Positions 36,892-45,544 of a stretch of DNA of 50,160 nt are shown here, in pieces. The translations under genes were made by a program, and so were the position numbers. The stretch comes from a virus (taxonomy: Duplodnaviria > Caudoviricetes). Position 1 is the first letter of the stretch; each line of letters opens with the position of its first letter. The notes under the pieces were generated by a model. That model made no database searches. It saw only the letters and a list, made by a program, of their open reading frames with translations, and was not told the origin of the DNA. Location: IMG/VR virus record IMGVR_UViG_3300030099_003747, positions 1-50,160 of that record; one strand, given 5' to 3'.

Positions 36892-37657
36892 CAAGGACGT
36901 ATTCTGGAGGATTGACCGCGCCTACAGTAGCTGGGCTCGTGTGCTCTGCTATCTGGATGCCCGTGCTGTAATGGACCGGCTAGACGAGGCCGTAGGCCCA
37001 GAGAACTGGCAAGACAAGTACTTTGAAACCGCAAGCGGCAAGAACATGTGTGAGCTATCAATCAAGATTGATGGCGAGTGGGTCACCAAGAGTGATGGTG
37101 CAGGCAATACAAACATCGAGGGTGACAAGGGCGGCATCTCTGATGCCTTCAAGCGTGCCGCAGTTAAGTGGGGCATTGGTCGTCACTTGTACTCTCTTGG
37201 AGAAACAAAGGTAAACCTTTCTCCAGAGAAGCCTTATGTAGAAAAGCATTACCTTGTAGTGTGCGCCAAGCGTGGACAGACTACAACCTACGGCGTTGCA
37301 CCGTCTCTTCGTAAGCTTCAGCCTCATTTGTATGGTGATGCACCACCAGCAGAGAAGCCAAAGCCAGAGCAACGAAAGACCGTGGAGCTTCCATCACAAC
37401 ATGATTTGTTGTTGGATGTGAAGGAAATCCTGATAATAAACAAGATTGAAAAAGCGTTGGCCAGGGCTGCGATGGCTGCTGCAATGGCAAAGAGAAGCAA
37501 TGGTAAGTGGGTAAGCGGACCCAAACCAGAAGACATAAACCCACGGGAAATGTCTATTGAAGAGCTTGCTTCTATGGTTCAAGCAATGCGTGGCCTTGAT
37601 GAGGCCGGTATGCTCAAGAGCCTTGCCGTGGACTACCTTGTTTGGATTGGTGCTTAG
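36857..37657 (+). CDS. sak: Rad52/Sak-family single-strand annealing protein
   Basis: YLDARAVMDRLDEAVGPENW...KSDG...KGGISDAFKRAAVKWGIGRHLY. Confidence 0.9.
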   Translation: MDWNKLTKPFDDKDVFWRIDRAYSSWARVLCYLDARAVMDRLDEAVGPENWQDKYFETASGKNMCELSIKIDGEWVTKSDGAGNTNIEGDKGGISDAFKRAAVKWGIGRHLYSLGETKVNLSPEKPYVEKHYLVVCAKRGQTTTYGVAPSLRKLQPHLYGDAPPAEKPKPEQRKTVELPSQHDLLLDVKEILIINKIEKALARAAMAAAMAKRSNGKWVSGPKPEDINPREMSIEELASMVQAMRGLDEAGMLKSLAVDYLVWIGA

Positions 37658-37915
37658 GTGGCTGAATGTGCAGTTTGTACTGCTAATATCAAGTGGCCAG
37701 AAAAGCTCATCTACATTGTTGACCTAAACGAAAACTGGTGCAAACAGTGTGCCAGTCACGGCTTCATAGTTGGAGATCAGGAGTTCTGTAGTCCAGCGGA
37801 AATATGTAGCCTTTGCGATGAAAACTATAGCTCTAAAGCCATAGTCAAAAGAGACCTAAACACAGGACAAAGAGTGTGCCTTGCTTGCACAAAGGAGGGG
37901 AAGGATGTCCTTTAA
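37658..37915 (+). CDS. Cys-rich zinc-finger protein, 85 aa
   Basis: Four CxxC pairs. Confidence 0.65.
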   Translation: MAECAVCTANIKWPEKLIYIVDLNENWCKQCASHGFIVGDQEFCSPAEICSLCDENYSSKAIVKRDLNTGQRVCLACTKEGKDVL

Positions 37916-38237
37916 ACATAGATTTCCAACAAGCGTTACTGCTATTGGATACATAGACGGGACTACTCGACTATCTCAGACAAAGAACTCTGGTATGAAA
38001 ATCTCAGCGAGGTTGTTCAATCCAAGCGAACACAATCCTCGATATGATTTACGAGTTCCAATCATGGCTATTGGAAAAGCCGCATCTCTTGTTGATGAGC
38101 TTTCCCGTAGTGGAGACTTGGTAACGGTGGTTGGCAGAATGGCCATGGTGCAGAGTGGGCGAGGTGTAAGCCTTTGTGTCCTTGTTGACTATATAAAATC
38201 TCTTGATGAAGAAGAGGTGTCAGATGCGGTGGACTAA
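37905..38237 (+). CDS. SSB/PriB-like OB-fold protein lacking a long tail
   Basis: VTAIGYI...AIGKAASLVDELSRSGDLVTVVGRM. Confidence 0.6.
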   Translation: MSFKHRFPTSVTAIGYIDGTTRLSQTKNSGMKISARLFNPSEHNPRYDLRVPIMAIGKAASLVDELSRSGDLVTVVGRMAMVQSGRGVSLCVLVDYIKSLDEEEVSDAVD

Positions 38238-39183
38238 TATTGATAAGGACGGGCAACCGCTTTGGATGCCAGACATTGCATCTCTTGTTGCAGATAGACT
38301 TGCAAATCCAAAGAAGCTGATGAATGACCAGCACTCTGCAAAGGGTCTTGGTGATTCTATACTTAGACAATTGTATGAGAAGCGCAGTTCTACTGGATCT
38401 CTCAGGCTTTCTCAAAGCGGTGCTTGTATTCGGCAACTTGCGTATCAGTACCACCATACAGAAGAAGATGGACTTGGAATTGATGCGGCTTCAAAGCTTG
38501 CATTTATTGTAGGAGACATCACGGAAGCAATCCTTGCATCTGCTCTCATCGAGGCCCTTGAGGGAACATCTATTGGCGCTGTCCACCATGCGTTGTCAGA
38601 CCAGGAGGAGGTCTATATGGAGGTGCCTATACGACCAGGACATACCGCAAAGATAGCGGGACACCCTGACGGATACATGGTGATCATGTCCCAGGATAGT
38701 GACCCAATAAATGCAGTGCTTGAAATCAAGTCAATGTCTGAGTTCGGCTTTGGTAAGTTTCGTAAAGAAGGTCTCGGACCAAATGACTCTTACTACAGTC
38801 AGGTGCAGTCTTACATGCATTGTAAGGGGGCAGAGTGGGCGTACCTTATTGCATACAGCAAGTCTGCTGGAGCCAAGGATGCTGAGGTTTACGATGATGG
38901 TAGCTGGCTTCCAGTGTCACCACTGCACGGTCAGTGGATTAAGTACGATCCAGAACACGTACAATCCATCAAAGACAAGTTTAGACGGGTAATACAAAGC
39001 GTTGAACCAGAGGAGATAGAAAGGCCGCATGGGCCTAATAAGAAGGGCATCCTGTCCTTCCCATGCGATTATTGCAGATACTACAAACGGTGCTTCCCGT
39101 TTGCAGAGGAGCATGTACAAGAGTCACGTTGGCTCAAGAAAAACCAAAAAATCAAAGTCAGTGTAGGAGAACACAATGATTAA
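38224..39183 (+). CDS. Cas4-like PD-(D/E)XK exonuclease
   Basis: GACIRQLAY, GHPDG, LEIKS, QVQSYM, CDYCRYYKRC (four Fe-S-type Cys). Confidence 0.85.
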   Translation: MRWTNIDKDGQPLWMPDIASLVADRLANPKKLMNDQHSAKGLGDSILRQLYEKRSSTGSLRLSQSGACIRQLAYQYHHTEEDGLGIDAASKLAFIVGDITEAILASALIEALEGTSIGAVHHALSDQEEVYMEVPIRPGHTAKIAGHPDGYMVIMSQDSDPINAVLEIKSMSEFGFGKFRKEGLGPNDSYYSQVQSYMHCKGAEWAYLIAYSKSAGAKDAEVYDDGSWLPVSPLHGQWIKYDPEHVQSIKDKFRRVIQSVEPEEIERPHGPNKKGILSFPCDYCRYYKRCFPFAEEHVQESRWLKKNQKIKVSVGEHND

Positions 39184-39589
39184 CAAGGTAATGTTGGTAG
39201 GTAAGGTGAAGAGCGACCCACAATCACGGGGGTCTGCAACCACGTTTAGGCTTGGGACATGGAAGATTATCCATGATGGCCGACGATTCGACTCCACTCA
39301 TTCTATTGAGGGCTTTGGACGTACTGGAGAGCTTATGTCCTCAATGAGGGAAGGAGAACTGATTAGTGTTGAAGGAGCTATTAAGCATTCATCGTATGAA
39401 AAAGATGGCAGAAAGGTCTGGTTTACGAGCATTACCGCCTCGTCTGTCTCTCGCCTTGGCGAGGATGTTGAGCAATCGATCGGAAGTGCTCAAGGCCAAG
39501 CGCCTTCCGAGTACCCTCCACGTTCTTCCAAGCCCAATGGTTCAGCACCTTCTAATGGAGCAGGTGGTGAAGAAGACTATGGATTCTAG
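39176..39589 (+). CDS. ssb: Single-stranded DNA-binding protein
   Basis: MINKVMLVG...GELISVEGAI...YEKDG; acidic-aromatic tail EEDYGF. Confidence 0.88.
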   Translation: MINKVMLVGKVKSDPQSRGSATTFRLGTWKIIHDGRRFDSTHSIEGFGRTGELMSSMREGELISVEGAIKHSSYEKDGRKVWFTSITASSVSRLGEDVEQSIGSAQGQAPSEYPPRSSKPNGSAPSNGAGGEEDYGF

Positions 39590-39818
39590 TTTTGATGATA
39601 CAGTCGGGCCTGTTGTTGTAGTTCCACATACTGTAGGTGCAGTCAGGTCAAGCATCTACAGGATTATTGATGACGATAGTACAGTCGTTTCTGTGGATAC
39701 AAAGGGAGAACTAATGAGTGTCATCTTTAATGATGGCGACGGCGGTCTCCTTTGGTATCGGTCAGGCAAACGAAACTCTGACTTCGGCATCACGCAGGAC
39801 GCATTGAGTGCCACGTAA
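39579..39818 (+). CDS. Hypothetical protein, 79 aa
   Basis: ATG overlapping the ssb end. Confidence 0.5.
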   Translation: MDSSFDDTVGPVVVVPHTVGAVRSSIYRIIDDDSTVVSVDTKGELMSVIFNDGDGGLLWYRSGKRNSDFGITQDALSAT

Positions 39819-40197
39819 TAGGAAGCTGCTCAAAGCCAGAGCAAAATCCTGGAAACATAGGAAGCGTCCTCCTACTATTGGGAGGGCGCTCCTTTTATCC
39901 AAGGTGCATAGGACTGGAACGGTCAAGCAATGCATTGAAGACATCCGGGACAAGCATGGCATTGATATAGCGGTGTCTACGTTCTGTTCTTGGCTTGATG
40001 GGTGGAGCGCGCCTTCTGGTGCAATCACCCTATCGGAGTGCGGAACGTATCTGAAGAAATCGACACGCTGTTGTATTAGCGAGTGGGCAGGCATTCAGCA
40101 TGAGTCCTGGTGGTGGAAACTGGTTGGACCCGAATGCATAGTGAGCGAAGATATTGATGACCCATTTGCCGCATTTGACTTGAGGCCACCCAAGTGA
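39808..40197 (+). CDS. Hypothetical (possibly HTH) protein, 129 aa
   Basis: Coupled ORF; IAVSTFCSWLDG..AP. Confidence 0.5.
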   Translation: MPRNRKLLKARAKSWKHRKRPPTIGRALLLSKVHRTGTVKQCIEDIRDKHGIDIAVSTFCSWLDGWSAPSGAITLSECGTYLKKSTRCCISEWAGIQHESWWWKLVGPECIVSEDIDDPFAAFDLRPPK

Positions 40198-40706
40198 AAG
40201 AAGACGTTTATATTGGAATAGACCCAGGAAAAGATGGCGCAATGGTCGCAATAGACTCTTGTGGAAAAGTCATAGCCGCACACCTTACAAAGGAAGACTT
40301 CACCATAGGTGTTGGTAAAGGCTCCAAGCGAGAGTACCTCGCACCAAGGATGTCGTTCGCCATCAACTGCATAGTCAAGTCATATAATGTCCGACTTGCT
40401 GTTCTTGAAAAGCAACACGCAATGCCAGGACAAGGCGTCACATCAATGTTCAGTTGTGGGTATGGGTACGGACTGTGGGTTGGTGTGTTGGCATCACACA
40501 ACATACCCCTTGCAGAAGTCAGGGCATCGGCATGGATAAAGGATGTTCTTGCTGGAGTTCCTGGTGACGGGAAAGGGCGCTCTATCTACGCTGTAATGTC
40601 TCGAATGCCCAGCCTGGACCTGACCCCTGGGCGGCGCCGCAAACCGCACGACGGCCTAGCTGACGCCGCCTGTATGGCAATGTATGCGCACAAACTTAAA
40701 ATGTAG
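40194..40706 (+). CDS. ruvC: RuvC-like Holliday junction resolvase
   Basis: IGIDPG..GA, VLEK, GQGVTSMFSCGYGYG, HDGLADA. Confidence 0.85.
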   Translation: MKEDVYIGIDPGKDGAMVAIDSCGKVIAAHLTKEDFTIGVGKGSKREYLAPRMSFAINCIVKSYNVRLAVLEKQHAMPGQGVTSMFSCGYGYGLWVGVLASHNIPLAEVRASAWIKDVLAGVPGDGKGRSIYAVMSRMPSLDLTPGRRRKPHDGLADAACMAMYAHKLKM

Positions 40707-40714
40707 AGGTAAAC

Positions 40715-41029
40715 ATGAAGAACAAAAGAAACAAAGGCTTTAGAGTTGAGCCCGAAGTAATCGTGAAACGTCGAGCGCCAAGCAAGCTGTCACGAAATAT
40801 CAAGTCAGGCTCAACAGCGTGGCACATATTGAACTACGTTTGCAGTGAACCGGATGAGTGGACAATCAAAGAGATTGCGCAGGACATGCTTGGACGTGAG
40901 AGGACATACATTCAAGAGCGTACTTCATTGAAAAGTTGCGGTTACTTGGTCAATGGAACTCGATCAGGTCAGTCGTACAAGCTTTTGCCAACGCTTGCCG
41001 GTATTTATGCTTTTGAGAGGGCAGACTAA
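40715..41029 (+). CDS. Winged-HTH-like protein, 104 aa
   Basis: ILNYV...WTIKEIAQDM...LKSCGYL; GAGG RBS. Confidence 0.55.
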   Translation: MKNKRNKGFRVEPEVIVKRRAPSKLSRNIKSGSTAWHILNYVCSEPDEWTIKEIAQDMLGRERTYIQERTSLKSCGYLVNGTRSGQSYKLLPTLAGIYAFERAD

Positions 41030-41030
41030 A

Positions 41031-41225
41031 ATGCCAATCTTTGAATGGAAATGTCCATCGTGTGCTGTCGAAAAGCAAACACTACAAAAACACAGCGATC
41101 CCCCGCCACAGTGCGCTCAATGCACCATGGGAATGGTAAAAAAGATTAGCCTTACGTCATTCAGCTTGAGAGGAAATGGTTGGGCAAAAGACAACTATGG
41201 CCTGAAGCGCAGTAAGAGCAACTAA
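41031..41225 (+). CDS. FmdB-type zinc-ribbon protein, 64 aa
   Basis: MPIFEWKCPSC...CAQC...FSLRGNGWAKDNY. Confidence 0.85.
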   Translation: MPIFEWKCPSCAVEKQTLQKHSDPPPQCAQCTMGMVKKISLTSFSLRGNGWAKDNYGLKRSKSN

Positions 41226-41241
41226 GATACAATTATTTTGA

Positions 41242-41315
41242 TGGGGTGAAGCGCCACAGGCAGGTGCATCGGGTTGTTACCCCGACCGTTGTTGGTTCGA
41301 GTCCAACCGCCCCAG
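41242..41315 (+). tRNA. trnN: tRNA-Asn(GTT)
   Basis: Acceptor TGGGGTG/CGCCCCA, D-stem GCGC/GTGC, anticodon arm TCGGG-TTGTTAC-CCCGA, T-arm GTTGG-TTCGAGT-CCAAC, G discriminator. Confidence 0.88.
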
Positions 41316-41422
41316 CATCCCCCCGTCTTCTACAATCACGTTGATGTGTTCCGAACTTGGTCATTCATTGTCACATCATCTCCTACCGATTGTAGGATTC
41401 GGGGCACACTTTGGAGAACGCA

Positions 41423-41611
41423 ATGCCCAGACAAAAGAAGCTTCACAAAATCATTGAGCCAAAGAAGCCTTGCTTCCTGCTCTTTTGGAAGAAGCCAAGA
41501 AAGGTTGAGTCAACCCTTTGCGGTCGATCAATAGAAGATGTCTTCTACACTACAGACAACATGGCTATTACTTGCAGGTCTTGTCGAAAGATAATGAGCA
41601 AGCTAGGATAA
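41423..41611 (+). CDS. Small zinc-binding hypothetical protein, 62 aa
   Basis: GGAG RBS; H...LCG...TCRSC. Confidence 0.6.
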   Translation: MPRQKKLHKIIEPKKPCFLLFWKKPRKVESTLCGRSIEDVFYTTDNMAITCRSCRKIMSKLG

Positions 41612-41643
41612 TCACTCATCATTATGGTGAGTGGGTAATGAAG

Positions 41644-41679
41644 GCCGTCAGGGAACGTGGGGTTCTCTGGCGGTTTTTT
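41644..41679 (+). terminator. Terminator ending the replication operon
   Basis: GCCGTCAGGGAAC/GTTCTCTGGCGGT stem followed by a T-run. Confidence 0.7.
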
Positions 41680-41986
41680 ATTTTAGTCTATCCAAGACTC
41701 GTTCTAGCTTGCTTACAATGTCGTTGTGGACCTTTGTTCTAGCAATAAGAAACTCTTTAGACTGGCTGTCATTGTTGTCTCGATATTCTTGAATGACTCT
41801 ATCGTACCGCTCACGCATTTTGTCTGTACGCTCATCGTAGTCTCTACGAATATCGTCTAGCTGTTCTTGGAAACCTTCTACAAGTTTATCCAATCGCTTT
41901 TGCATCGTCATAAACTGGTAGACCAGGAACGCTGCAAAGATACCGAGGTGACCATCAGCCAGCAGAGAATCAATCAGCGCTTCCAT
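41678..41986 (-). CDS. Putative holin (single TM plus coiled coil, BhlA-like)
   Basis: GHLGIFAAFLVYQF TM; adjacent to the lytic enzyme. Confidence 0.55.
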   Translation of the reverse strand: MEALIDSLLADGHLGIFAAFLVYQFMTMQKRLDKLVEGFQEQLDDIRRDYDERTDKMRERYDRVIQEYRDNNDSQSKEFLIARTKVHNDIVSKLERVLDRLK

Positions 41987-42564
41987 TAGATAGTGCCTTG
42001 ATCAACAAGCGTGTAGCTGAACGAGTCGCCCCAAGCCTCTCGGGCTTTGTAGCAGATGCCCATAAACTCAGCAAAGTCACTGGCGTTCGCAAAGACTTGG
42101 CAACCAGCAGACCATCTGTCTATCTGCGTTGATGCTTTGCCCGCCTTGTGAATGTTGATGCCATAGAAGCCCTCAGTAATAGAGTCCACATCACAATCAA
42201 TGACGTCGTCTTTATTGCTGTCACGATAAACCTTGACCTTACCGTTCCTTTGGCAGAGCGCATCGTACTTCCCTTGATGTCGGTCGATCTTCCATACACC
42301 ACGGTATTGACCGGGTACCAGCACAGCAGTTCCGTTCACATTCGTCGGGTTCTCTAGCCAGTACTTTCCAGGCTCAGTAGTGCAGGGCCAAGACTTCTCT
42401 ACCCATTCGTCGTTCTCATCCTTGTACACACAGTAGATGACGTCATCGAATCGGTTGGCCTCATGCTCAGCAGATCGAACACCGATAATGTTTACGTTGT
42501 ACTGACCCTCTTCAAAAACAGAGTGGCCAAGGTACTCGGCATAATCGAGAATCTTGGGTCGCAT
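41986..42564 (-). CDS. Putative endolysin with L,D-transpeptidase(YkuD)-like catalytic motif
   Basis: TTEPG...GINIH...WSAGCQVF; flanked by membrane-protein genes. Confidence 0.7.
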   Translation of the reverse strand: MRPKILDYAEYLGHSVFEEGQYNVNIIGVRSAEHEANRFDDVIYCVYKDENDEWVEKSWPCTTEPGKYWLENPTNVNGTAVLVPGQYRGVWKIDRHQGKYDALCQRNGKVKVYRDSNKDDVIDCDVDSITEGFYGINIHKAGKASTQIDRWSAGCQVFANASDFAEFMGICYKAREAWGDSFSYTLVDQGTI

Positions 42565-42851
42565 TAGTCACATCCAGCATTAGTGGCAGCGCAAATCTTT
42601 GCCTGATTGATTGCCTGCTTCTGCTGAATCTCAACCATCTTGTTCATCATCTCTTCCATCTTATCGAGGCGCTCTTCAATACCCTCAATCTTGAGGTCAA
42701 CGATCTGTTGATGACCTTCTTTGGATTCGAGATGAGTCACTCGTTTATCAAGCTTCTCATTGTCTTGAGCTACAGACTCAAGAGATGCAAAAGAGATGCC
42801 CGCAGCAAATACAATACTAATCCCCGGTACTGCTGCGTCCTTGAGTTCCAC
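42564..42851 (-). CDS. TM plus coiled-coil lysis-associated protein, 95 aa
   Basis: GTG 42851 with GGAG RBS; N-terminal TM; C-terminal Cys pair. Confidence 0.55.
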   Translation of the reverse strand: MELKDAAVPGISIVFAAGISFASLESVAQDNEKLDKRVTHLESKEGHQQIVDLKIEGIEERLDKMEEMMNKMVEIQQKQAINQAKICAATNAGCD

Positions 42852-42862
42852 GGTAGGCTCCG

Positions 42863-43243
42863 TCAGTCTGTACAACTATATGATTCAAGAAGCCTGTCGG
42901 TCAACTTGGAGGGTTCGCATCGTTGCTTATCTGTTTCACCAGTACGAATACACAATGCCCACATACATTGAAGTGACATAGGGTCTCCGCCTACATCTGT
43001 AATGCAGGGTGGTGGAAGCTCGGTGAGCTTATCTGCAATAGCAGACTCGCGCTTGGCCTCCTCTACAGATACCTGCTGAACCTTATCGACAAGCTGTTGG
43101 TTGCCGTCATTCAGTTCTTTAATGGCCTCTGTTTGCGCTTCAATGGCTTCTGCGCCAGCATCAGGCTTCAGGCCCCAGCCAGCACCAAAGCCTACGCCCA
43201 GTGCGGCAAGAATAGCAACGCTCGTAATAGTTACTGGTTCCAT
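42863..43243 (-). CDS. TM plus coiled-coil protein (i-spanin-like), 126 aa
   Basis: N-terminal TM VAILAALGVGFGAGW, coiled coil, Cys-rich C-terminus. Confidence 0.55.
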   Translation of the reverse strand: MEPVTITSVAILAALGVGFGAGWGLKPDAGAEAIEAQTEAIKELNDGNQQLVDKVQQVSVEEAKRESAIADKLTELPPPCITDVGGDPMSLQCMWALCIRTGETDKQRCEPSKLTDRLLESYSCTD

Positions 43244-43283
43244 ATTCAAAATCTTCATCATATATTTAATATATTAAAATGAC

Positions 43284-43495
43284 GGGACGGTCACCACAAA
43301 ACGAGTGGCCAGGACAGAGGGAGATACCAGCCCATCTAGCAGCAACCGTCCCCGGCTAACAGGGTATCAACTCTTGCATCTGCTCATCGTGGCCTCGGGT
43401 GGTGCAGGAAGCTCAATCATTGATTGTACACCCAATGAAGAGCCAACCGTTGGCCTGGGGGGCAGCATCTGCTTCTACAGTCTGTACTGTTAGCC
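43284..43495 (-). ncRNA. Candidate structured RNA / lysis-operon leader
   Basis: Closing stems 43354-62/43487-95 and 43284-97/43339-52; G-U pairs favour the minus strand. Confidence 0.35.
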
Positions 43496-43508
43496 ACATT
43501 CAATATGT

Positions 43509-43895
43509 TCAAGTACAAAGAATCTTAACTGGAACACTGCTTGCTGGAGGATTGGCTGCATCTGCGTCATCATTGGTCAGAGAGTATGGGCTTAGAACGC
43601 ACCAGAAACCAAGACCGACATCAAACACTACACCAGACCCAATCATGTGAGTCTGCTTAGACAAGGCAGCACACTTGATGACCATGTTTGGTTCTGTTGT
43701 TCCGGGAGTAAGAGAGCCTGCGCTATTAGATAGCTTCAAATAAACAGGCACTGCATTTGCAGTGTTGTCGATTTCTACAGCATAAATAGATGTAGCGGCA
43801 CCAGTAACGTTTGTTTCAGCAGTTGCATCAGCATCTACATCAATGACTAGTTTGGTGCCAAGCGGATCAGCAATGGTGCTAACGGTAACAGCCAT
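43509..43895 (-). CDS. Virion structural protein (beta-sandwich), 128 aa
   Basis: Paralog of 43905..44282. Confidence 0.6.
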   Translation of the reverse strand: MAVTVSTIADPLGTKLVIDVDADATAETNVTGAATSIYAVEIDNTANAVPVYLKLSNSAGSLTPGTTEPNMVIKCAALSKQTHMIGSGVVFDVGLGFWCVLSPYSLTNDDADAANPPASSVPVKILCT

Positions 43896-43904
43896 TTTAA
43901 ACCT

Positions 43905-44282
43905 CTATGAAGTGATGACTGTAACGATACAGCCATTAGTGTTTGGAGCGGTGGTGTCCTTGGCTGCTGCATTTCGAGTAGTCCAAATGTTTAGACCTGT
44001 TGTAAATGGCGCTCCACCAGGAACTTCAAATGTAGTCCTCGTTGTAGCCGGAACATAGAAAACCCAGTGACCAGCAGTTGTGCCAAGTGTTGGCGCAGAT
44101 CCGTCATACATACGAAGATAAACAGCACTTCCAGACTTGTTATCAACTTCTGCTGAATACCATCGCCCGGAGGTTCCAGTAACGTTTTCTTGAATAGCAG
44201 CAGTTGGGCTTTGCTGGTTATCAAAGTTGATAATTTTGTAGTCTAGAGCAGCACTGCTAAATCCAGAAACTTTAATGCTCAT
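43905..44282 (-). CDS. Virion structural protein (beta-sandwich), 125 aa
   Basis: AEVDNKSGSAVYLRMYD...P.LGTT..F.TGL. Confidence 0.6.
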   Translation of the reverse strand: MSIKVSGFSSAALDYKIINFDNQQSPTAAIQENVTGTSGRWYSAEVDNKSGSAVYLRMYDGSAPTLGTTAGHWVFYVPATTRTTFEVPGGAPFTTGLNIWTTRNAAAKDTTAPNTNGCIVTVITS

Positions 44283-44312
44283 GTTTAATCCTTAGTTTTG
44301 TAGAGGTAGGTA

Positions 44313-45173
44313 TTAGCCAGTAACTGGACTGTAGGTTGGGCTGAGTTCAGTCATGGTGATTCGGTACCACGCTTTAAAAGTAGTATCAGTATTAGCATTA
44401 GAGTTGTTGTTGGAACCAACAAAACAAGGCGCAAAAAAGATATAGACCGGGTCTTCACCTTGCGTATCAGCGTTGTACTCAAATGTCTGTGTACCAGAGT
44501 TAAGATTACCAACCAGCTTATCAAACCGATCTATCATCTGTAACGACACAGACCGAGTTTGCGGATTGCCGTCGTCATCTGACCCATCGATCACTGGGCT
44601 CACCGTCAAATATGCTTTACGAAAAGTGGCAGAAGCATTGGACGTGGTGTTGGTATCGCCACCGATTAATGCTCCGGCGGAGGGTTGGTTTGGATCGGCG
44701 TTCGTTGCGTTGTAGTTGTTAAAATATAGACATCCGCCCGCCATAGCTACTTGTGATTCGCCTGTTTCAATCTCCTTATCCGCAAGCCCTATCCAAACAC
44801 CGCTTTTATCAGGCCCTCCAGTATTTGAGCCTACAGCTTCCAGAGATATTAAAATATCAAGAGTAAAGTTGTCTGCCCACGTCAGATCGCCATTCGGCCC
44901 CCTGAGCTTTGCGTAATACCGATCCGCCCTCATTGCCGAATGGTTCCACCTACACTCATTGCTTCCGTTTTTGGTGATGTCTTGCTGTATTCTAATACCA
45001 CTGGCTGAGGTGGTCAGGCTGACCAGGTTTGCCTGCGAGCTTTGGTGAAATGTCCACCCTTGACCAGCGTCAAGTGGGTTGATGGAAATCCAGTCATTGA
45101 CGCCATTCGGAAGCTTGCTGGTTCCTGTAGAAGCTTTGCCAATAGGACCAGGGACTCGATTAGTACGGGACAT
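44313..45173 (-). CDS. Putative receptor-binding/lectin-like tail protein, 286 aa
   Basis: Asn/Thr/Ser/Gly beta-rich; located in the tail-fibre cluster. Confidence 0.5.
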   Translation of the reverse strand: MSRTNRVPGPIGKASTGTSKLPNGVNDWISINPLDAGQGWTFHQSSQANLVSLTTSASGIRIQQDITKNGSNECRWNHSAMRADRYYAKLRGPNGDLTWADNFTLDILISLEAVGSNTGGPDKSGVWIGLADKEIETGESQVAMAGGCLYFNNYNATNADPNQPSAGALIGGDTNTTSNASATFRKAYLTVSPVIDGSDDDGNPQTRSVSLQMIDRFDKLVGNLNSGTQTFEYNADTQGEDPVYIFFAPCFVGSNNNSNANTDTTFKAWYRITMTELSPTYSPVTG

Positions 45174-45175
45174 TA

Positions 45176-45532
45176 TTAGCCCTCGATCTTGTTGACATAG
45201 CCGAAACAGTTCGCTGAGTTAGCGGAACTCCCGCCAATGTCAATCACAAGTGCTGATGCGTTACCCTTAATCGGAATGCCAGGAAGCACCAGGAGGGTTT
45301 CTTGCGGTGGCACAATAACTTTAATCTTGCCATCGTTATTGGAACCATTGAACCGCACCGTCACTTGCTCATTGACACTGCCATTCGCATTGTTGACCCA
45401 CAGCCAGACTTCATGGAAATGGGCCGTGTTCGTTGGGCCTGTATGAACATTTTGAAAGCTGCTGTTGATTGGAACAGCAATCGGTTTGCCATCCACTGAG
45501 TGGCTGAGATGGTCTTTAGAAATAATCGCCAT
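45176..45532 (-). CDS. Tail-fibre-associated structural protein, 118 aa
   Basis: EVWLWVNN...LVLPG...FGYVNKI pattern; follows the fibre gene. Confidence 0.55.
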   Translation of the reverse strand: MAIISKDHLSHSVDGKPIAVPINSSFQNVHTGPTNTAHFHEVWLWVNNANGSVNEQVTVRFNGSNNDGKIKVIVPPQETLLVLPGIPIKGNASALVIDIGGSSANSANCFGYVNKIEG

Positions 45533-45544
45533 GATGTGTGCTCC

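Noticed and set aside
38224-39183. Cas4 as evidence of a CRISPR system
   Set aside because: No repeat-spacer array or other cas genes seen; solo Cas4-like nucleases are common in phage recombination modules
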